The notes below the pieces were generated by a model. It was not told the DNA's origin and made no database searches. It worked only from the letters and a program-made list of their open reading frames with translations. From Octopus sinensis (taxonomy: Eukaryota), in assembly GCF_006345805.1 (NCBI RefSeq), contig NC_043005.1, positions 54,250,001 through 54,314,000 of the forward strand: a stretch of DNA of 64,000 nt, read 5' to 3'. Below, piece by piece: positions 13,394 to 26,557 of the stretch (within the stretch, counting starts at the first letter, position 1; each line of letters begins with the position of its first letter). Both the position numbers and the translations under genes were made by a program.

Positions 13394-13395
<2 letters not shown>
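12902..13395 (+). mobile_element. Retrozyme/Penelope-pLTR-like element: 404-nt unit with identical 90-nt terminal repeats
   Basis: 12902-12991 is identical to 13306-13395 (offset 404). The element is flanked by (TA)n on both sides and carries a canonical hammerhead inside. Confidence 0.8.
13153..13225 (+). ncRNA. Type I hammerhead ribozyme with canonical core
   Basis: Stem I tctta/taaga; CTGAAGA at 13158-13164; stem II gcca/tggc with an AT-rich hairpin insert; GAAA at 13209-13212; stem III C-TGCA-G (palindromic CTGCAG); GTA triplet, with cleavage predicted after 13220. Confidence 0.85.
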
Positions 13396-13428
<33 letters not shown>

Positions 13429-13740
13429 GGATATAAGTATTTATATATTTATATATATATATATCAACTAACATTTGTTTTTTATAAGCACCAAAATATG
13501 TATTGAATGATACAAATTAGATGATTTTTTTAAATGTAGGATTGCTGTTAGAACAGGAGAAATATTGGGTAATTCTAATGGAAATTTTGCATTTAAAAAG
13601 AAAATCATCTAATTTGTTTCGTACAATATATACAGGGTATGGTGAAATTAGAAATATAAAATCGTGACAATTTAACCCATGTATCCTGTCACAAGCCACT
13701 ACACATTCATTATTTTTTCTCCTTGTTTCTTTCTGTGTTC

Positions 13741-13776
13741 CTTTCTGTGGAAGAGCATGGGCTCGAAACGTTAAAG
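13741..13776 (+). ncRNA. Minimal type I hammerhead motif, core variant (CUGUGGA)
   Basis: cttt-ctgtgga-a-gagc-atgg-gctc-gaaa-cgtt-aaag. Stems I and II are perfect, the stem III region is the palindrome AACGTT, and there is one substitution at core position A6. Confidence 0.6.
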
Positions 13777-13887
13777 ACCTTTTCACTTCCCGAGCGTTAT
13801 ACAAATATATCTGTTTGTTGTCTACACCACCTGTCTTCATCTTTTGTTTTTTTGTGAATTCTCCCTATATATATATATATATATATA

Positions 13888-14751
13888 TATAGGGTGCAGT
13901 GAATAAAATGTCATCTAAATTATGCAAAAATGGAAATAACTCTATCTCATTTTAATGCATATATTTACCAAAATTACATAAAAATATCTTGAAATACTAA
14001 AAAGTAAATTTGTTCAATAAAGTCACCATTGGCTTAATCCATGGCTTCCAGACAATTTTGGAACCTCCTGCAAAACTTTGAGATGGTCTCCTTGTTTAAG
14101 TTGGTGAATACTGCCATAATCCTTGCCTTCAGTTCATTTTTGGTGTTAAAAGAAGTTTTGTTGGTCTCTTGCTCAACTGCACCCCATATATAATAATCAA
14201 AAGGGTTGCAGCCTAGTGGATGAAGTAGCCAAATGTTAGGGCTGATGTGGTCACAGAAATTATCTGACAGCCATGACTGGGTTCTCCTGCTTGTGTGTCA
14301 TGGTGCAGAGTGTTGTTGCTAGACATAGAGTCTTCCAGTAGCCACCCTTTTGACCCAGGGCAGCACTTGATGTAGGCCTCCGTGTTGAGTGTGAGGCCAT
14401 GTGGGAAGATGAATGGAGGCATAACATTGCCATCACTAGTGATCACTCCAATGACAATGGTATTGAGTGGATATTTGATTTTTATCATTCTTAGTACATG
14501 TCCTCAGATTGACACCCAAACACTCTGAAATATTCGTAGTATTAGTGGAGCTTCCAGTATGAATGCTAAACAATATAGCCTGTCGTTTCCAAATTTCTGG
14601 CAGAGTGAATGGTGTCATTGTGGCGTTTTGCTCACAGACAGTGCCCAACTGACCCCACTATACCATGTAGTCAGCAAAATCAAAAACAAAAAATGTGAAT
14701 GTGCAAAATTAAAAATATAATATGGAAACAATTTATACATCGTATCTTGTA
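13888..14751 (-). mobile_element. Internally deleted Tc1/mariner DD37D (maT-type) transposon, copy 1
   Basis: The minus strand reads ...GVITSDGNVMPPFIFPHG...YV*QQ(H)SAP*HTSRRTQSWLSDNF...CNPFDYYIWGAVE...ANGDFIE, with 37 residues between the second and third catalytic positions. Degenerate TIRs sit in TA context, and stops are present. Confidence 0.85.
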
Positions 14752-14759
14752 TATATTTA

Positions 14760-14795
<36 letters not shown>

Positions 14796-14913
14796 TATAT
14801 ATATTTAAAAAACATAAATTCAAAGAAGAAGCACACTCTAAGAAGTAGAGCAGTCTATATTTATTACTGGTGAAGGCCAGTTTATGGGATTACCCTCGGT
14901 ATCTCCCATCATA

Positions 14914-14949
<36 letters not shown>

Positions 14950-15045
14950 TATGTGTGTCACATACACACACATATATGTGTGTGTGTGTATGTGACTACA
15001 ACCAACATTATCTTCATCACCATCAACAGCATTATCATGACCATG

Positions 15046-15077
<32 letters not shown>

Positions 15078-15441
15078 CATCATCATCGTTGCTGTCGTCG
15101 TCATTGTTGTAGTCATCATCATCATCATCACCACCACTACAATGAACGCCATCGACCACCATCACCCTCATCACCACCCATCTTCACCACCACCACTACC
15201 ACTCCCAACCTCATCGTTCTCTTCCATCAATATCACTACACAATCAACATTATTCCTATAGTTTCGAAATTTTTGAAAAAATAACAATATCACCTAGATT
15301 CACACACACACACACATATATATATATAATATATATATATATAATATATATATATGTATGTATGTATATATATATATATAATATATATATATGTATGTAT
15401 GTATATATATATAATATATATATATATAATATATATATATA

Positions 15442-16299
15442 TATAGGGTGCAGTGAATAAAATGTCATCTAAATTATGCAAAAATGGAAATAACTCTATC
15501 TCATTTTAATGCATATATTTACCAAAATTACATAAAAATATCTTGAAATACTAAAAAGTAAATTTGTTCAATAAAGTCACCATTGGCTTCATCCATGGCT
15601 TCCAGACAATTTTGGAACCTCCTGCAAAACTTTGAGATGGTCTCCTTGTTTAAGTTGGTGAATACTGCCATAATCCTTGCCTTCAGTTCATTTTTGGTGT
15701 TAAAAGGAGTTTTGTTGGTCTCTTGCTCAACTGCACCCCATATATAATAATCAAAAGGGTTGCAGCCTAGTGGATGAAGTAGCCAAATGTTAGGGCTGAT
15801 GTGGTCACAGAAATTATCTGACAGCCATGACTGGGTTCTCCTGCTTGTGTGTCATGGTGCAGAGTGTTGTTGCTAGACATAGAGTCTTCCAGTAGCCACC
15901 CTTTTGACCCAGGGCAGCACTTGATGTAGGCCTCCGTGTTGAGTGTGAGGCCATGTGGGAAGATGAATGGAGGCATAACATTGCCATCACTAGTGATCAC
16001 TCCAATGACAATGGTATTGAGTGGATATTTGATTTTTATCATTCTTAGTACATGTCCTCAGATTGACACCCAAACACTCTGAAATATTCGTAGTGGAGCT
16101 TCCAGTATGAATGCTAAACAATATAGCCTGTCGTTTCCAAATTTCTGGCAGAGTGAATGGTGTCATTGTGGCGTTTTGCTCACAGACAGTGCCCAACTGA
16201 CCCCACTATACCATGTAGTCAGCAAAATCAAAAACAAAAAATGTGAATGTGCAAAATTAAAAATATAATATGGAAACAATTTATACATCGTATCTTGTA
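15442..16299 (-). mobile_element. DD37D (maT-type) transposon remnant, copy 2 (part of tandem duplication)
   Basis: Near-identical to 13888-14751 at offset 1554. Confidence 0.85.
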
Positions 16300-16311
16300 T
16301 ATATTTATACA

Positions 16312-16347
<36 letters not shown>

Positions 16348-16465
16348 TATATATATTTAAAAAACATAAATTCAAAGAAGAAGCACACTCTAAGAAGTAG
16401 AGCAGTCTATATTTATTACTGGTGAAGGCCAGTTTATGGGATTACCCTCGGTATCTCCCATCATA

Positions 16466-16501
<36 letters not shown>

Positions 16502-16956
16502 TATGTGTGTCACATACACACACATATATGTGTGTGTGTGTATGTGACTACAACCAACATTATCTTCATCACCATCAACAGCATTATCATGACCATGATG
16601 ATCATCATCATCATCATCATCATCCTCATCATCATCGTTGCTGTCGTCGTCATTATTGTAGTCATCATCATCATCATCACCACCACTACAATGAACGCCA
16701 TCGACCACCATCACCCTCATCACCACCCATCTTCACCACCACCACTACCACTCCCAACCTCATCGTTCTCTTCCATCAATATCACTACACAATCAACATT
16801 ATTCCTATAGTTTCGAAATTTTTGAAAAAATAACAATATCACCTAGATTCACACACACACACGTAATATACAAATAAATATATATATATACATACACATA
16901 TATATGTGTGTATATATGTTTATATATATATATATATATATGTGTATGTATATATG

Positions 16957-17011
<55 letters not shown>

Positions 17012-17255
17012 AGTGTGTGTGAGAGAGTACATATATGTATGTATGTATATATGTGTCCAATGCCAATATGTTGTTTTCATTCATTTCATTTCGTATGGCT
17101 GTGTCAGCTCAAAGCCACATTCAAAAGGAAGAAAAATCTGCAAAAATTCAATTAATATTTATTATTTTATATTCAAAAACATTGAAATAACAATCTTCCA
17201 ATAAAAAGCGACAGACTTTCTTTTGTTTACATTAAAACAATATATATATATGTAT

Positions 17256-17292
<37 letters not shown>

Positions 17293-17547
17293 CATATAAA
17301 TACACACACACACATATATATAGATAGATATTGATATATACATATGTATGTATATATATATATATTTATGTATGTATATGTATACAAATATATTTATGTA
17401 TATATGCTCACATATATACACACATACATATATATGCTCACACACACTCCACCCACACAGACAATCTAATGTGAGCGTCTTCTTCTCTCATAATATCTGT
17501 ATGTATGTGTGTGAGTATGATATATATATCTTATCAATCTATATATC

Positions 17548-17636
<89 letters not shown>

Positions 17637-19119
17637 TATGTATACTTATATATTTATACATACACACACACACACATACTCATATATATGTGTGTATATA
17701 TATATATAGCATAACACAGATACGTATGTGACATTTATGTCTAATGCGTATGCATATACATATGTTTATAGACAGACTGACAGGCAGGCAGGCAAGCAAG
17801 TAGACGGACATAAAACAGACGGACAGAAAAACAGACAGAGAGATAGCTAGATGGAGAGATATGCATATATTTTGTGGTGTTATGTACTTACATCTATGAC
17901 CTAAAATGTTAGATTGTACTCCATGCAAGTATCACTCAGCTATAGAAAAAAAAACTGAAGACATAATTTATTATATGCACAGCATTTATAGTATTCTTAA
18001 GACAATTGGCTGAGAAACTTATAGTTAAAAGACCAATGTGGTGGGTGGATATCTGGAAGATGAAGCATGATGAAGTCTTATTAGAAACAGATTGGATGCA
18101 GAGAAACAGATGGTATTAGCACACTTAAAGTGGTTATTATAACAAAATACATTTGATGAATGAGATATGCAAAGTGATCAAACTTGGAACTTTGTAAGTG
18201 AAAAGTGAACATCTTAAGCACAGGATCATGTTACATACATATATAAACATGTGTACATGTGTTTACGTACGTATATATATGTTTGTATGTAAGTTTTATG
18301 TACATTGTTATTAGGTTTCATTTCTTGACGTCTTGTCAATAGAGAAAGAGATGGTTCCTTACCTAGGTCTAAGACTTCTTTTACAGGATAGCTTTGCATG
18401 CTTGTATTCATGTGTGCAAGTATTTGGAATCAGTGCATATGCAGAACTGTATGTTTTGTTTTATGTATGTATTCTCATACACATAGTCACATATCTCGAC
18501 ATGTGCATGTGTGCATCTACGTTAAATTTTGAGGCTTGTATCTTCAATCATCTAAACAGCTTTTGCATTTCTGGTTTTGAGAACTATGATTTCTCAAGAT
18601 ATGCATGTATGCAGACATGTATTTATATATGCATGCATGTATGTATGGACAGACAGACGGACGGACAGATGGATGGATGCATGTATTTATGTATGCTTCT
18701 ATGTAAATAAATCTTATGTTACATTTTGTGTGTGCATTTGTGTGTGTGTTTAGAAAAAGGAAGTTGTTAGAATTTTGGATAATAATTTTGTGCTTTCACC
18801 TCTTTCTCAGAGATTCGTTATGAATAATTTGTTTACAAAAAATTCATACCTTCTATATACATGTGAAGTAGTTGAAAAATCTGGAAATAGAATGTATTTG
18901 TTATTTTGAATCTATATGTGTGTAAATATGTGTGTGTGTATGTAAGTATATGTGTGTGTGTATGTATTTGTGTGTAAGTATATGTGTGTGGCAAATATCT
19001 GGAGGCTTAGTTAGAGAAATAAAGGAAACAAGAAAAAGTTAGAAAGGAAGGGAGGAAGAAAGAAAGAAAGAAAGAAAAAAAAGATAAAAGAAAGAAGACG
19101 AAAGAAAGACATCAGGATC

Positions 19120-20210
19120 TTTTCCTGAAATGGTTGAAATTGCATTGCACTTTTCTTCATGCCTGATACTAGAGGGGAATACTTTTAAGTTTGATGGTAA
19201 AACATGTCAATAAATAAAAGGCACAGCTATGGGGACTAAATCTGCACCCTCATATGCTAACCTGGTTGTGGGGTTTTTAAGAGAAAAAACTATATGACGA
19301 AATAAAGAAAACTTTCAAGCAATATGCCATTGAAAAGTGAAAATGCTTCTTCAATAACAACAAATATACTTAACAAATAAACATACACACACCAGTATTT
19401 GAACTTCTACTCTTGTCATCCTTCACACATTAAACATTCTATACAGTATGGCAAGACATATTTGTGCAGTAGTACTTGATCCAAAACTGCATTTAAATTC
19501 AACTCAATAAAATCAAAGGCTTCCTAAAAAACAGATGAAATTATATATAATGATGAAATTATATAGGTGATGAAACTGGACATCATACAACTGAGGACAC
19601 CTAAGAAAAACATTAAAGAAAATACTATCCTATTTATCAAAACAAATAATCAAAGTGTAACCAACATATTTGTCACTGTAAAACAAACCTACCAAAATTC
19701 TTAGAAAGCCCCAAACTGAAAAGTCTGGTTGTTGAAAACCTTATATGAAACAGTAAATGTCAATCAAAAATTTGCAAGGGCAAAATTTACACTAGAGGAT
19801 TATTCAGAATTCTCCAGGAAGGACTGCAGAAATAATAGATGTAAAATATGTAACAGCACTAACAACAATTTTAAAATTTGGAAACTGGTTCCCATATAAA
19901 ATTTACAATTGGTTTTTCCAAGTAAATGTAGATATGAACTGCAAGACACAGAATCTCATCTACTGCATAACGTATCCCAAATGCAAAGAAAATTATTTTG
20001 GTAAAATCAACAATCCCTGTTGCCAACATGCAACAAAATACAGACAATACATCAGACAAAACGATTCCACTAAGTGAGCATCTGGAAGTATGTGGAAACA
20101 GTAGATTTAAGATCTTTCTCTCCTACAAATGCTCAAGGGCTGACCCAAAGTACTGGAAGGCAATACAACTACATGCCAAAAAGATTTTTTTCTAAATTAC
20201 ATATATGAAG
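19120..20210 (+). mobile_element. Penelope-like element remnant (RT + GIY-YIG endonuclease), heavily decayed
   Basis: ILEGNTFKFDGKTCQ*IKGTAMGTKSAPSYANLVVG matches the PLE RT motif QxxGxAMG..AP.YANL. DMNCKTQNLIYCITYPKCKENYFG is GIY-YIG-like. Confidence 0.8.
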
Positions 20211-21122
20211 AAAAGAAAAAATATATATATATATTTATGAACACATTAGAAATTCGTACTTAAAAAATTAGTATCCCATATGAACCAGATCAGATTGCCA
20301 CTGGATAGTATTAATAATGTACTCATTACTGTTACTAATATGACTGGAAAATGTCTTGTTTTCAGAGTTTTTAATTAAAATTTTCTGCCAAACTTTAGTC
20401 ACAATTTATGTTCCCGACACTAGCTTAATGATTCTTCTAAATTCTTTGTTATGTTTAAAATTAATTGAAAGAAACACAAAGCATCTCAGCATAAATATGG
20501 TAACAAAAGGGTTAAACAGCCAACACACAACACACATATACACTTAATACACACATACACAGTGCACACACATTTATATCCCTTCCAAAACTATTTAATA
20601 GGTTCTATTTTCTACAGTGAGATAACATGACACCTGACAAAAACTGCAATGCCTAATAAAAGAAAACTGACTTCTTGAACTATCCTTAGTTTCAACCATT
20701 TCAGAAAAAGTAAAATTCTGTACAACCTGGTAGCATGACAACTGACCAAAAATACAATGCAATTTCAAACATCTCAGAAAAGACCCCTTTCTCTCTTTCA
20801 TTCTTTTATCTTTTTTTTCCTTTTTTTTCCTCTCTAACCAATCATCCAAAATCAACATGCATATTTAGATTCAAAATAACAGAGAACATTCTCTTTCTAA
20901 TCCATCTTCAAATTTTTTTCAACAAACTCACATATTTATATAAAAGGTACAAATTACCTGTAAGTAAACCATTCATGAAGAATCTCTCAAAGACCGATGA
21001 AGACTAAATGAATAATTATCCAAAATTTTGTCTATCTCCTTTCTCTTACTATATAAAATCTGTACACCACTTCGAACAATCTCACTGTCTATCTCTCTCT
21101 ATCTGTGTGTATACATATATGT

Positions 21123-21167
<45 letters not shown>

Positions 21168-21249
21168 TACATTTACATATATATATATGCATACACACAT
21201 ATATATGTATATATGTATATATGCATATATGTATATATGTATATATATA

Positions 21250-21314
<65 letters not shown>

Positions 21315-22187
21315 GTATGTATATATATATTATATATATATATATGTATGTATGTATATATATATATATATATATATATTAAATTACACTAAATTATATA
21401 TGCATGTGTGAATTATATGTGAGAGTATGGAGTGGATAAAGGGGTTGGTTTTCTTTTGACCTTGTATTAAAGACACAACTGCATAGAATTTTAATCATTT
21501 TTTCTTTGCTTTTTAAAGGAATTTTCACATTTCCTTCTTAGACTTCATATGGTAATGGACTTAGAAATGCTATTGTTCTAATTTATTAATACGGGACTAA
21601 TAAGGAAATATGAAAAATCCATAATACAAAGTAAGATTAATCTTCAACACAATTGTGTTTTTAATGTATGTTAATATATAAATGATGGTAGTAATGATGA
21701 TGTTGATAAATATCATTATCAGTTATGATCATATCAGTGAATTTCTACATGGTAAAAAGATGTTTTCGTCTATTTTTTACTCCAGTATGAATGGCATAGT
21801 GTGTGTGTGTGTGAGCGTGCACACTTGTATATGCAGGTATGTATCTATGTTTGTATGTAACATACCCTGTATGAGGTCTTTGACCTCATGTACAGTACAT
21901 CAAATCCATGTGAGTCCATGTATGTCTGTAAATATATATATATATATATATGTACAATACACACATGCATATATATAAACTCACATATATATGTATAAAC
22001 TTATGTGTGCATGTATATACATATCTATCTATATCTATATGTATATATGTATGTATTTATGTATGTGTATATATATATATAATAATTGAGTAGTTGAATG
22101 AATTATCTTATTATGGATAATTCGGTTAACCGATACCTGGGTAGCAAATTCACGTCAGAAAAACACGGTTGAAGCTTTCATTCTTTC

Positions 22188-22272
<85 letters not shown>

Positions 22273-22630
22273 GTGTGTGTGTGTATGTATATGTATATAT
22301 ATATATTAATCAAAGGACATACTGAGTATGTCTAATTGCTGGAAATAACAGTCAAAATTCTTATTTAAACTGTGGAAAAAATTACACTGGTAATAACTAC
22401 AGAAATCAATCCTTTAAATGTGTATCTATTGCAGTTTTAAAATAAATACATGGAGTTGCATGTAGTAATAGGAAACTATGTATGTTGGTGACTGGAAGAG
22501 CATTTTGCCACAGAATATTGCCGTAGCAAACTTGTTGAGCATGATGATTCTTATTATATGGTCTTGGTAGGGGTTACTGCTTGGTTATTTCTACAACTAG
22601 GTATTATTCTTGTAGTAAACCACTGAAAAA

Positions 22631-22868
22631 GATATAGACGTATCTGGATGGTTAAGAAATGATATAGACATATTTGGATGGTTAAGAAATGATATAGACA
22701 TTTTTTAAATGGTTAAGAAATGATATAAAGATATTTGAATGATTAAGAAAAGAAATAGACATATTTGGATGGTTAAAGAAAAATATAAACATATTTGGAT
22801 GGTTAAAAAATTATACACATATTTAGATGGTTAATCAATGATATAGACATATTTAGCTGGTTAGGAAA
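22631..22868 (+). repeat. 30-bp minisatellite, about 8 degenerate units
   Basis: Consensus agacatatttggatggttaagaaatgatat repeated head to tail without spacers. Confidence 0.9.
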
Positions 22869-23460
22869 TTCCCTTAACAACTATGTTGGTTCAAGTCCAA
22901 ACCCACAATGTAGCACACTGAGCAAGTAGGATGCTACAATAATTATAAGCTAACTGAAACATAGTGAGCGATACGAAAATTTCTCTTATGCTTTCTAATT
23001 AACCCTTCCTTGCTTTCACAATTCAATGCTATCAAAGGCTGTAAAATTACAGAGCAACATGTTTGTCAGCAAAGAAAAATCATTGCTTGGAGAACAATCA
23101 CTAAAGGAGTCTCTACACAAGTGAATTAAGGGAAGAGCCTATATAATCACTTGATCTGATAAAACTTAACAAACAATTCACTTTCAAATCGCACCCTTGT
23201 GTTTTAGAAAAGAACATAATGGATGGGGTAGTCCTGGGTTAACTGCCCATGTAAAACGATGGGATGGTCATAGAATGTATTTAATCATAATCACAGGAGT
23301 GGCTGTGTGGTAAGAAGCTTGCTTCCCAACCACATCATTCCAGGTTCAATCCTGCTGCATGACACCTTGGGCAAGTATCTTCTAATATAGCCCCAAGCTA
23401 GCCAAATCCTTGATTTGGTATATGGAAGCAAAAAGAAATCCGTCATATATATATATTATA

Positions 23461-23878
23461 GGCGGAAGGGTGGTTGTGTGGTAAGTAGCTTGCTTACCAA
23501 CCACATGGTTCCAGGTTCAGTCCCACTGCATGGTACCTTGGGCAAGTGTCTTCTGCTATAGCTTCAGGTCAACCAAAGCCTTGTGAGTGGATTTGGTAGA
23601 CAGAAATTGAAATAAGCCCGTCATATATATAATTATATATATGTGTGGGGGGGGGGTGCATGTGTGTGTGTATGTATGTATATGTTTGTCCCCCCAACAT
23701 CGCTTGACAACCGATGCTGGTGTGTTTACGTCCCCGTAACTTAGCGGTTTGGCAAGAGAGACCAATAGAATAAGTACTAGGCTTACAAAGAATAAGTCCT
23801 GGGGTCGATTTTCTCAACTAAAGATGGTGCTCTTGCATGGTCACAGTCAAATGACTGAAACAAGTAAAAAAAAGAGTA
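23461..23878 (+). mobile_element. Composite tRNA-derived SINE (CORE-like); a truncated head lies at ~23295-23445
   Basis: Same head, linker and tail as the copy at 9628. Confidence 0.9.
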
Positions 23879-24922
23879 ATCATAGGTCTGCTTGATCACG
23901 ACTGACCATGGGCTAAATAGCATCAACAACATCAAATGAACTCAAAGACAGTGTATATATATATAAACATATAACACTTAATCTAAGTGTAATGATTTCC
24001 ATTATGCTTTGTTTTTAATTTTTTTTGTATTCTTTGTTTTAATACAATTATTATGTTTAAAGTAAGACAAAAGCATATAAAACAATGTCAATATGATTTA
24101 TGATTTATGATTATATTTCATTAAGCATTTAGGTGGCTAGCGTAAGTCATACATTTCAATCAGACAAGTTGCTTTTAATGTTGGGTGGGCGTGTTGTGAA
24201 GTGGGTAAGGAAGGGTAAGGTGGAAATGGCGTTTTGGTCTTCAAGGAGATATGCTTCAAAACAACCTAAAAAACCATTCGGTACACATCACCGTGTTCTA
24301 CAATAATAAATCAGACATATAAACATTAATATTTTAAAAAAGTTAACCAGACTATCAAAAAAATACTTTTTATTTTTTCAACAACATGACAATAGAAGTA
24401 TTAGCTCATCAATTTAGTGAAGGTTTGTAAATGGAAGATGCTGCCACAGCAGTGTTTATTTGAAGCATTTCATTTCAAAAAGATTAAATGATCAACTTGT
24501 ATGTAGAGATCAATAGCTGATCAAAGAGAATATTGTATCAATTATGTGCCTTTTTCTTTTTTTTCTCTTTTTTTTGTTTGAAATTCATAATTTCACATAT
24601 TCTATTATAAATGGAGTGAAGGTTTTTAGATTAATAATAGTTTATAATTTAGTGTAAACTTCAAAATAGTATTATTTCGTAATGTATTTGTATATGTATG
24701 TATGCACGTATGTATGTATGTATGTATGTATGTGTACACACACATATATATATAGAGAGAGAAAAAGAGAGAGAGAGATAGATATATGTATGAATGCATA
24801 TTCATATATATATATGTGTGTGTATGTTATATATATATAACATACACACACATATATATATATATACAATATACTATTCCATGATAGAAAGATCAACAAA
24901 AAGGCACTCCTTCTGGTGAGAG

Positions 24923-25700
24923 ATAAATATTATTGCTTAAAGGACGCAATACATGTCTTTAAGTGCTACTAATAGATTCATATTTGGAGAAATATCTCAA
25001 ACTTATTCATTAGGCACAAGTCACATATGACAAACTAAAAAAATTGAATAAGAAAAGAATCTTAAAAATGCTACATCAGATAATCAGACCTATTTTGAAT
25101 TATGTGAAGGTGAATTTAAAAATCCCTATGCCAATTACATAGCTTCCTTCCAACATGTGGACGATAGTAAAGCTACTAAGTTGGTTAGCCATGTATGGAG
25201 CTTGAAAGCTAATGAAACACAACATATGATTAAGAGAAATATAACTGAGAAATCGACACCGTATGTTAATGGATCAAATAAATGTAGGCTATGTTTAGCT
25301 GAAAGAGCTAAGATCCCTAACTCTCTACTGAACTCTAGGTCTGAAATTTTCAGCAGTTGCAAACATATATATGAATATATTTTGAAGAATTAGAATATTC
25401 CACCTATATCTGATTAACTTGTTGATATCTTTCCAGCCTTATAATCTAAGGTCTAATGAGGATAACTCTTTTACCTCTTTTTCTTTTTACTTATTCATTT
25501 TGTTCTTTTTTTTAAAACCTTCCAAGTTTACTACATGCTGCTTTCCCAGCATTTCCATGTTTCTTCTCTTATTCAATTTTTTTAGTTCGTTATGATATGT
25601 GGTGTCTGTCTGATGAATATGTCTGAGATATTTCTCAACACATAAAACTATTAATAGCACTTAAAGACATGTATTGTGTCCTTTAAGTAATAATATTATA
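24923..25700 (+). mobile_element. Penelope-like GIY-YIG C-terminal remnant flanked by ~140-bp inverted repeats
   Basis: CEGEFKNPYANYIASFQH...KCRLCLAERAKIPNSLLNSRSEIFSSCKH resembles the PLE endonuclease C-terminus. Arms at 24923-25059 and 25561-25700 are inverted and each carries a decayed hammerhead-like motif. Confidence 0.75.
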
Positions 25701-25706
25701 TATATA

Positions 25707-26026
25707 TTCTTTTATTCTTTTACTTGTTTCAGTCATTTGACTGTGGCTATGCTAGAGCACCACAAAGTGACGGGGATGTAAAGACACCAGCATCAGTTGT
25801 CAAGCGATGGTGGAGGGACAAACAGAGACACAAATAGCAAATACACACATACATATAAATACATATGTGATGGGCTTCTTTCAGTTTCCATCAACCAAAT
25901 CTCACAAGGCTTTGGTCAGCCCAAGGCTATAGTAGAAGATACTTGCCTAAGGTGCCACATAGAGGGACTGAACCTTGAACCATGTGGTTGGGAAGCAAAC
26001 TTCTTCCCGCACAGTCACTCCTGCAC
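25707..26026 (-). mobile_element. Composite tRNA-derived SINE (CORE-like)
   Basis: Reverse-complement head and tail blocks, with an internal deletion in the tail. Confidence 0.85.
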
Positions 26027-26333
26027 ACACAAACACACACACACACATATATATATGATATATGTTTGAGTGTGTGCGTGTATATATATATGTTTATAAT
26101 TATATTTATATTTATACTTATATATAATCATCATCATCATCATCACCATTTAATATCCTTTAGATGAATAGTTTGACAGGATCCAGTGAGTCAGCGGATG
26201 GCATCGAGCTCCAGTTACTGCTTTGGCATGTTCCCTATGGCAGGATACCCTTCTAACACCAGCAACCTTATAGAGTGTACTCGGTACTTTTTCATGACAT
26301 CAATGCTAGTGAGGTCACCCAGTAAATCACAAG

Positions 26334-26370
<37 letters not shown>

Positions 26371-26444
26371 TAGCATGTAACAGTGTTTACATGTATGTGC
26401 ATATACATACATATGTATGTATGCATGTATGCATATATATATAT

Positions 26445-26557
<113 letters not shown>

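Larger units (their letters stand above)
13888..16862. repeat. ~1.55-kb near-identical tandem duplication
   Basis: Units start agggtgcagtgaataaaatg at 13891 and 15445. They differ by a few substitutions, one 6-bp indel and microsatellite lengths. Confidence 0.95.

Noticed and set aside
22631-22868. CRISPR-like array
   Set aside because: The units are contiguous with no unique spacers, and the context is eukaryotic.
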